Shown in pieces: positions 56,756-64,000 of a DNA stretch of 64,000 nt. Source of the DNA: Octopus vulgaris. Its lineage: Eukaryota. The notes under the pieces are model-generated. The model made no database searches. It was not told where the DNA came from and saw only the letters and a program-made list of their open reading frames with translations. A program made the translations under genes and the position numbers. Position 1 is the first letter of the stretch, and each line of letters opens with the position of its first letter. The DNA is taken from contig OX597832.1 in the NCBI GenBank assembly GCA_951406725.2, positions 32,178,001-32,242,000 on the forward strand, given 5' to 3'.

Positions 56756-57386
56756 ATGGAACAAAAACGCAATAGAGGGCATTAAAATGTTCGACACAAA
56801 GGCGGACAAGAGAAACAACAATTAGGACATGCAAAAAAGACGGGTCGTTCTTGGCTTTCTTTCTTCAGTAAAGTACCAGAAGTCACGACCATTTCGGACA
56901 GTTACACTTGAGATTGTTCGATCTCAGCTTCTACTACCATTTCTACCACCCAAAACAGAACAATTCCAGCTAGTTATAAGACTACTACAACTGCAACTGC
57001 AATTGTGAGTAACAGGAACACAACCACTGCCACTACTAACACCTAAACAGTCAGCTTTGTGTTCTTACCACTACAAGCACGGCAATCTCATCGGCTACTG
57101 CCACCGCTACAATCACTACCACCACCACCACTACCACCACCACCACAAGCTCATCGTTGACAACCTCTACTGACACCGCCACAAGCAACACTGGTCAGCC
57201 CTATATTGCTACTACTAAAACCTCAACACACAGCGACAATGCTACCACCGCCACAATATCTAACGCTAAATCTACAAAGACCTCTGTAACTACCACTGCA
57301 ATAACAAACACCAACACAGCCAAAAATAATTACTGTCGCCACTAACTCCAGTACAACCAGGGCTGCAATCGCTAGCACCACCATCA

Positions 57387-57580
57387 CCTATTTCTTTACT
57401 ACCCATAAGGGGCTAAACACAGAGGGGACAAATAAGGACAGGTAAACGGATTAAGTCGGTTACATCGACCCCAGTGCGTAACTGGTACTTATTTAATTTG
57501 AACTCATAACGTAAGGGCAGACGAAATACCGTTAAGCATTTCGCCCAGTGTGCTAACGTTTCTGCCAGCTCGCCGCCTTT
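57387..57580 (-). mobile_element. tRNA-headed SINE, tail type A, internally deleted, within (CAC)n
   Basis: Reverse complement of the 37693 family with part of the core missing. Confidence 0.88.
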
Positions 57581-57614
57581 CACCACCACCACCACCACCA
57601 CCACCACCACCACC

Positions 57615-57660
<46 letters not shown>

Positions 57661-58165
57661 GTACAATGAAAACGACCAGTAAAGAAAACTATCACCAATA
57701 CAATGACCACAGCAGTAAATGACACTACCACCGGTACCACCACTACGTCAACTGTGATTACAACTACATACACCACCGCGATGACCACCGCAGCCCCCAC
57801 CACCACCACCACCGCTACTACTACTTGGATATCGTGTCAAGACTGATTTATAGTGATCAGATCTGATCAATCATTGATTCCATTAAAAGGAGGAGAACGT
57901 TGCTGTTTAATGAATATGCTGCTTGTTCCGATCGACATTCGCCAACTTGGAGTAATTATCTTTCAGTCACGTGATCTATTTAATGACGAAGACACTCTCC
58001 TCCTTAATCATCTCTAATTAAAATACACTTTCCTTGATTCAAATATCCTATTGCAGGAACTAAAACAGGTCTATCAATGCTTACCGTCGTTAGAGATGCT
58101 AGAAATAGTAGCTAAGTGTCCTTCGAATCCCGTTGAAAAGCGTTAGACAATAATATATAATACAA

Positions 58166-58340
58166 TTCTATATTTAAGAGATCAGGAATAATGCACATTA
58201 TTTACATTATTTACATTTGACGGATATTTGTCCTCATCTTTGTTGTTAACACAACGTTTCGGCTGATATACCCTCTAGCCTTCATGAGCTGTCTTGCGTA
58301 AATTTCGAACCTGGGTTCTCATTCTTAAGGTATTTTTCGA
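58166..58340 (-). mobile_element. Inverted copy of the 60273-60424 element with mutated hammerhead core
   Basis: The reverse complement reads tcgaaaaataccttaagaatgagaacccagg...acagCTCATGAaggctagagggtatatcagccGAAAcgttgtgttaacaa. Confidence 0.78.
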
Positions 58341-58360
58341 GGTTCGAAATTTTCTCTAAC

Positions 58361-58510
<150 letters not shown>

Positions 58511-60237
58511 CAAGGGCTTACTAGCGATTGTCAAACAATTCAGTGATGACATCAGAATGCAATTTGGCCTCGATAAATGCGCAAAAGCTACCTTTATCAA
58601 AGGAAAAATGACAGAAACATCTAACGTTAACCTTGACCAGCAGAATGTCATAAAAGAATTAGACCCAGCAGAGAACTACAAGTATCTAGGGGTAATTGAA
58701 GGAGAAGGAATAAGGCATTCAGAGATGAAGGAAAGGATCAGGAGAGAATGCTATCGCAGAGTAAGAGCAATACTCAAGACAGAGCTGAATGCGAGAAACA
58801 GGATCGAAGCGATCAATGCATTAGCCATACCAGTCGTGACTTACAGTTTCAGTATCGTTAACTGGTCAATTACTGAAATATGTAATCTTGACAGAAAAAT
58901 ACGAAAACTGTTGACAATGCATAGAATGCACCACCCTAAGGCAGATACAGAACGACTTTATCTGCCAAGAAAAGAGGGATGCCGTGGACTTTTACAACTG
59001 GCAATAACAATGAAGATTGCTACAATTGGCCTAGACACCTACCTGAAAAACTCTGAGGACTGGATGTTAAAACTTGTCTCAAAACATGAAAACAAGAAAG
59101 CATCATACTCAGTAACAAAACAGGCAAAGGAATATCTAAGTGAATTCCGAATACAACAAATTTCGGAATTAGAGATAGACATACAAGAAACAGGCACAGA
59201 AAAAGCTAAGCGCATGAAAACCCGTGCTAAATCTGCGGCCTTAGATATTCTGAATGATAAATGGCAAGAAAAACCTCTCTATGGCAAATACCCAAAGAGA
59301 GCAAATAATGCAGATGTTGACAAAGCCCTGACCCATCAATGGCTAATGGCCCCTGGCTTAAAATCTGAAACAGAGGGGTTTATCATAGCAGCTCAAGATC
59401 AATGCCTACCAACAAGAAACTACCAGGCCAACATATTAAAGATCAGAAGCAGTCCAACGTGTCGTGTATGCAAGCAACAAAATGAAACCATTGACCATGT
59501 GGTCTCCAAGTGCAGTCTTCTAGCGCCTACAGAATATCTCAACAGGCACGATAGAGCTGCACAATATATTCACTGGGTAATCTGTAAAAACCTGGATTTG
59601 CCCCATGAAAAAAACTGGTGGGAACACAAACCACCCCCAGTGCTTGAAAATGACCACATCTCACTCCTCTGGAACTTCGCCATTCAAACTGACAGAAAGA
59701 TAGATGCAAATAGGCCAGACATCATATTGAAAGACTTCAAACAAAGAACATGCCTCCTCATTGATATGACTGTCCCAATCGATATAAACGTATCTGTCAA
59801 GACCTACCAAAAACTGAGCAAATATAAAGATCTTGAAATAGAAATCAGCAAAATATGGAAGCTGAAGACTAAAACAATACCTGTTGTCATAGGTGCCCTG
59901 GGAATGATAGCAAAAGGGGCAGATAGCTACCTAACTCAGATACCAGGAAACCCAAAAATGGCAGAAATTCAAAAGATAGTGCTCATGGGAACTGCTCATA
60001 TCCTACGCAAAATACTTTCTATGTAATCTCAAGGTTTAAAACAAACATAATTTTCGGTTTAAAAAAAAAAAAAAAATTTTTTTTTTTTCAGACATTCATT
60101 AGTACAACACCCCGCCCCCCAAATATATGGCACACTAGGCATAACAACAACATGAACTTACAACCCTGTTGTCTCTTGAGGTCTCTGGGTGAGACTTGGA
60201 GCCAACTTGTACAAATATAAAGCAAAAGTCAAACATA

Positions 60238-60240
<3 letters not shown>
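58511..60240 (+). mobile_element. 5'-truncated R4/Dong-like RLE non-LTR retrotransposon inserted in (TAA)n
   Basis: Flanked by (TAA)n at 58360-58510 and 60241-60268. The frame is open from the junction (KGLLAIVKQFSDDIRMQFGLDKCA) to the stop at 60026, followed by a ~215 nt 3' UTR. (TAA)n targeting is the known behaviour of Dong elements. Confidence 0.93.
58557..60026 (+). CDS. Partial retrotransposon ORF: RT C-terminal part, CCHC zinc knuckle, PD-(D/E)xK restriction-like endonuclease
   Basis: Motifs: FGLDKCA and YKYLG (late RT), ETEGFIIAAQDQ, C-x2-C-x8-H-x4-C (CRVCKQQNETIDHVVSKC), RHD, RPDII..LLID, KLSKY, PVVIGALG. No internal stops. The YxDD catalytic region was lost by 5' truncation. Confidence 0.92.
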   Translation: MQFGLDKCAKATFIKGKMTETSNVNLDQQNVIKELDPAENYKYLGVIEGEGIRHSEMKERIRRECYRRVRAILKTELNARNRIEAINALAIPVVTYSFSIVNWSITEICNLDRKIRKLLTMHRMHHPKADTERLYLPRKEGCRGLLQLAITMKIATIGLDTYLKNSEDWMLKLVSKHENKKASYSVTKQAKEYLSEFRIQQISELEIDIQETGTEKAKRMKTRAKSAALDILNDKWQEKPLYGKYPKRANNADVDKALTHQWLMAPGLKSETEGFIIAAQDQCLPTRNYQANILKIRSSPTCRVCKQQNETIDHVVSKCSLLAPTEYLNRHDRAAQYIHWVICKNLDLPHEKNWWEHKPPPVLENDHISLLWNFAIQTDRKIDANRPDIILKDFKQRTCLLIDMTVPIDINVSVKTYQKLSKYKDLEIEISKIWKLKTKTIPVVIGALGMIAKGADSYLTQIPGNPKMAEIQKIVLMGTAHILRKILSM

Positions 60241-60269
<29 letters not shown>

Positions 60270-60272
60270 TCA

Positions 60273-60424
60273 TCGAAAACTACCTTAGGAATGAGAACCC
60301 AGGTCCAAAATTTCCCCAATACACCTGATGAAGGCTGGAGAGTATCTCAGCCGAAACGTTGTGTTAACAAAGGAAAAAATAAGATGAGGATAAATATTCG
60401 TCATGTAAATAATGTAAAATAATG
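60273..60424 (+). mobile_element. Hammerhead-bearing short element directly after (TAA)n
   Basis: Inverted copy at 58196-58340. Contains the 60321-60364 fold and ends in (aatgtaaat) repeats. Confidence 0.78.
60321..60364 (+). ncRNA. Minimal type I hammerhead ribozyme motif
   Basis: Stem I ACAC/GUGU; core CUGAUGA(A); stem II GGCUG/CAGCC; GAAA; palindromic ACGU stem III; triplet GUU. Confidence 0.8.
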
Positions 60425-61153
60425 AAAATGTTGTTTTGTCAATAGAATTTAGAGCCTTCGCCGTTCATTGTCAATAGAAAATAGTCTCAGATTTGATCTA
60501 ATATTACTGAAAAATTTTGACGATCCTTTTGGTACAAGATACAATAGAAATTTAAATTGTTGTATTGCCAAGAGTTACTGTACAAACGAAATATTTTAAT
60601 TATTAATCGCTTAACTGCTACGAAGAATTAAATGTTTCTTCTGTTTGACAGTAACAGACTGTCTTTGTCAGTAGAACCGTCTGAGATCATAGAACTGTAT
60701 TCCAATTTGGATTTCATCAAAGTGTAATATGCTCACTACTGATGATGAATTAAAATTTTTTAGACCCCCTAAGACGTAGTCGAAAATTACTAATAACTGG
60801 TAGTTTAAAAAAAGGTCACTGGCAGAATGCAAGGCACACACTTCTTCATTATGTTACAGATAATTAAAGCTATAAACTCTATCCTTTTCCAATGACTATC
60901 TGTGCATATTTCACATGAAACAATAAATGATAGACATTGTTACCGAGGGTTCACCTTCACTTCCCTGTCACGATATGAAGCCGAAACAGTTATTAGTCAA
61001 ATTTTGTTTTAATTAGAATGCATTATTAAATGGTACATGCTTTTATTGAGATTAAACCTGAGTTTCTGTCTCAATACGAAACGAATCTGAAAAAGTTGCT
61101 TGATCGCGCTGCAGCCTTAACGTCGAACCCACTTTAATATGACGCCAATAGCT

Positions 61154-61608
61154 AAGGCAGCGATCTGGCAGAAACATTCGCAGGCCGGGCGAAATGCTTA
61201 CCGCCATTTCGTCTGCCGTTACGTTCTAAATTCAAATTCAGCCGAGGTCGACTTTGCCTTTCATCCTTTCGGGGTCGATAAATTAAGTACCAGTTGTATA
61301 CTGGGGTCGATCTAAACGACTGGCCGCCTCTCCAAAAATTTCGAACCTTGTACCTAGAGTAGAAAAAAAAAATATGACGCCAATAGCTAAAGCGGCGATC
61401 TGGCAGAATGGTTAGCAGGCCTGGAAAAATGGTTTGCAGTATTTCGTCCGATTTTACGTTTTGAGTTCAAGTGCCGCTGAGGTCGACTTTGCATTTCATC
61501 TTTTCGGGGTCGATAAAATAACTTACCAGTTGAACATTGGGATCGTTGTAATCGACTTACACATTCCCCCCCACCAATTGCTGGCTTTGTGACAACATTT
61601 CAAACTAA
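61154..61608 (+). mobile_element. Two tandem tRNA-headed SINEs, tail type B
   Basis: Units at 61154-61370 and 61389-61608, each preceded by aatatgacgccaatagctaa. Confidence 0.88.
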
Positions 61609-63127
61609 TCTGATGCCACTATTTAGAATTAGTTTTTTTTCACAACGGTTTCTACTCAGAATCCGTCTCAGTAAAAAATAGAAAAAAAAAAAAAAGAAAT
61701 GAAAACAAGAAATATGTGCTTGCAGCGACGTCAGCTTAAAATGTTTTCATACGAAGCCAATATTAGAAAATTCGAGCATTTAATAAGGCTTCATCTTGAA
61801 ACGTGCGATGATTTAAAAACCGTATTACGTGGCTTTACTGGGGTTTTAGCAAAATATTTGCAATGTATGAAACCATATTAAAAATTACGTTGATTTCCCA
61901 AAGCTTCAGCTAAAAATTTGTGTTAGCGTGAAACCAGTATAAAAAAATTTACTTCACATTACGATGGCTTCATCTCGGAATGTATCTGTTTTATGGACGC
62001 AATAATGAAAATCAAGTGTCATGTTTTTGGCATCAACGTTTCGCAAATTGCAGTAATATTTCTATTATAATTTGGAGAGGAAGAATGGTGTTGTTGATCA
62101 TTCCGCATCACTTGGTGCACCTCAGTCGCTAAGCTGCCGGTAAAAATATTAGTTAATCATTCACGTATTTATCTTTAATAATAGACAGTTATATAGGAAG
62201 TGTCTTGTTAGTTACTCTGGTGACAACGATCTAGTTATCTCTCTCTCTTTCTCTTCCTCTGTTTTTCATTCAACAACAGCCTGTTTTTTCATGAAAGACA
62301 TTTTCATTCTCTCGTTTACCTACGCACACGCGCACGAAAACGCACAAACACGCATACAAACTTACACAAACATATTCACGCACATACACACATACACACA
62401 TGTACACAAAGTATTTCTCTCTTATAGCAGTACGTTTTTCTACTTTCTAATTATTGTTAGAAATAAGATTATATAGAGACGCAGGCGTGGCTGTGTGGTA
62501 AGAAGCTTGATTTACCTACTTCCACTTCCGGTTGTGTCAGTGCAGAAGTCGGGACGCTAGTGTAACAGCTGGCGAAATATTGATTGAAATAGAAGCTCAG
62601 ATGTAAAGTAAAACTTTTGCTTTTGGAGTCCAGTGGCGGATTGTTGCTTGCTGTATTATTTTTTGTACAAACAAAAAAATCACTGGATTCTGGACTCTGG
62701 TCTGCCTACGGTTGGGCAAAATTGTTCACTTTTAAGTGAATTATTTTTGTGCATATCCTCTGCCGCCATAAAGTGTGGAATTTTTTGCTGCTGTCAAAAA
62801 ATTTTCCTCGTTGTGTATTTACAATTTAACGGTAAATTATTTTTTGTTCCTTCTACTGTGTCCCCGACACAACGGGAGTACCTTGCTTGGAAACTACAAG
62901 TATAACTGAGGCGTCCTCCCGAGAGAGAACATAAATACAGTTCTGTCAATTATATTTGGGGGTATATTTCAAATGTCTTCGTTTTGGAGCTCCGAAGCCG
63001 GAAATGACAAAATAATTTCTGCATAGAAGCCTGCCGGTTAGAGAACATGGTTATGTATATAGATATACGTGTGTGCATGTATGTATGTATGTATGTATGT
63101 ATGTATGTATGTATGTATGTATGTATG

Positions 63128-63161
<34 letters not shown>

Positions 63162-63938
63162 TGTATGTATGTGTGAAGGCGCGTGGCCTTGATGGGATCG
63201 TTTCCCGGACCCTTCAAGTTGCTCTAATGGAAATGGCTAACCCTGAGGCGGAGGAATCTTCCGATCAGGTGTGATGCTGACCTGCACGCCGATCCAGCAG
63301 GAGTGACAATATTCGAAAGCTAAAACGATACAAAGCACATTGTAACCAGCGATGTATAACAGCATCCGATCGCTCAGTGTGATCACACACGTGGTCGACT
63401 GTGCGCGCGCGTGTGTATAATGGTGATGAGCTTTATGAACGAGGGCGCCCTCTGAAACAGTAACCATATCTCCTTCACACGCTACTTTCCTTGAGGAAAC
63501 GAACTGGAGAGCTGTCGTCTGCTGGCATGACACCTTATCGTCTGCTCTAAATAGCCTCGTTGTGGCTCAGTGACACACTGAATTTCTCAGCAATGGTTTG
63601 CATAACAATGCAAACCTCATTACATACCCTGCAGTGTCTTCTAATTGCTTTTCTTCTTTCTTAAATAAGTGAGGCGTCAGCAGAAATCTTCCGAACCAAA
63701 AAAAAAAAAAAAAAACAAAAGGAAAAAATATAGTGAAAGTGAGAGACTGTCAATTGCAGCTTGGTAATGGCGATGACAATGGCAAATAACTACAACAGCA
63801 ACAACAAACTAGAAAAAAACCCCACAAAAACATAGCAAAACATAACTCCAGCACCTATATCGCGCCAACATCATGATTATTTCGATGACGATGACGTCGA
63901 TGATGATGAGATGGCGATGACGATGACGACGACGACAA

Positions 63939-63969
<31 letters not shown>

Positions 63970-64000
63970 GCGTAGATGATGATGATGAAGATGATGATGA

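Overview
AT-rich, extremely microsatellite-dense eukaryotic DNA with no recognisable host protein-coding exon, so probably intronic or intergenic. The SINE families and repeat load resemble an Octopus (coleoid cephalopod) genome; this is inference. Almost every ORF in the supplied track is a translated simple repeat. The only real long ORFs are two 5'-truncated R4/Dong-like non-LTR retrotransposons (CCHC knuckle plus restriction-like endonuclease) sitting in (TAA)n tracts at 52.6-53.5 kb and 58.5-60.2 kb. Decayed fragments of another R4-like family and of CR1-, RTE-, Ingi-like and L1/Tx1-like LINEs are also present, plus a pogo-like DNA transposon derivative and many tRNA-headed SINEs. The most interesting signal is a set of unrelated short non-coding inserts docked at (TA)n/(TAA)n tracts that carry minimal type I hammerhead ribozyme folds (4981, 10799, 16773, 26774, 60321; degenerate at 40503 and 58249). 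Several long fold-back palindromes lie in the same kind of tract (5157-5560, 7547-7795, 17020-17112, and inverted arms around the 58.5 kb Dong copy). Together these suggest a microsatellite-targeted community of Penelope-like/retrozyme-type elements alongside TAA-targeting Dong elements and their non-autonomous derivatives. All folds and alignments were done by eye; coordinates of decayed elements are approximate.
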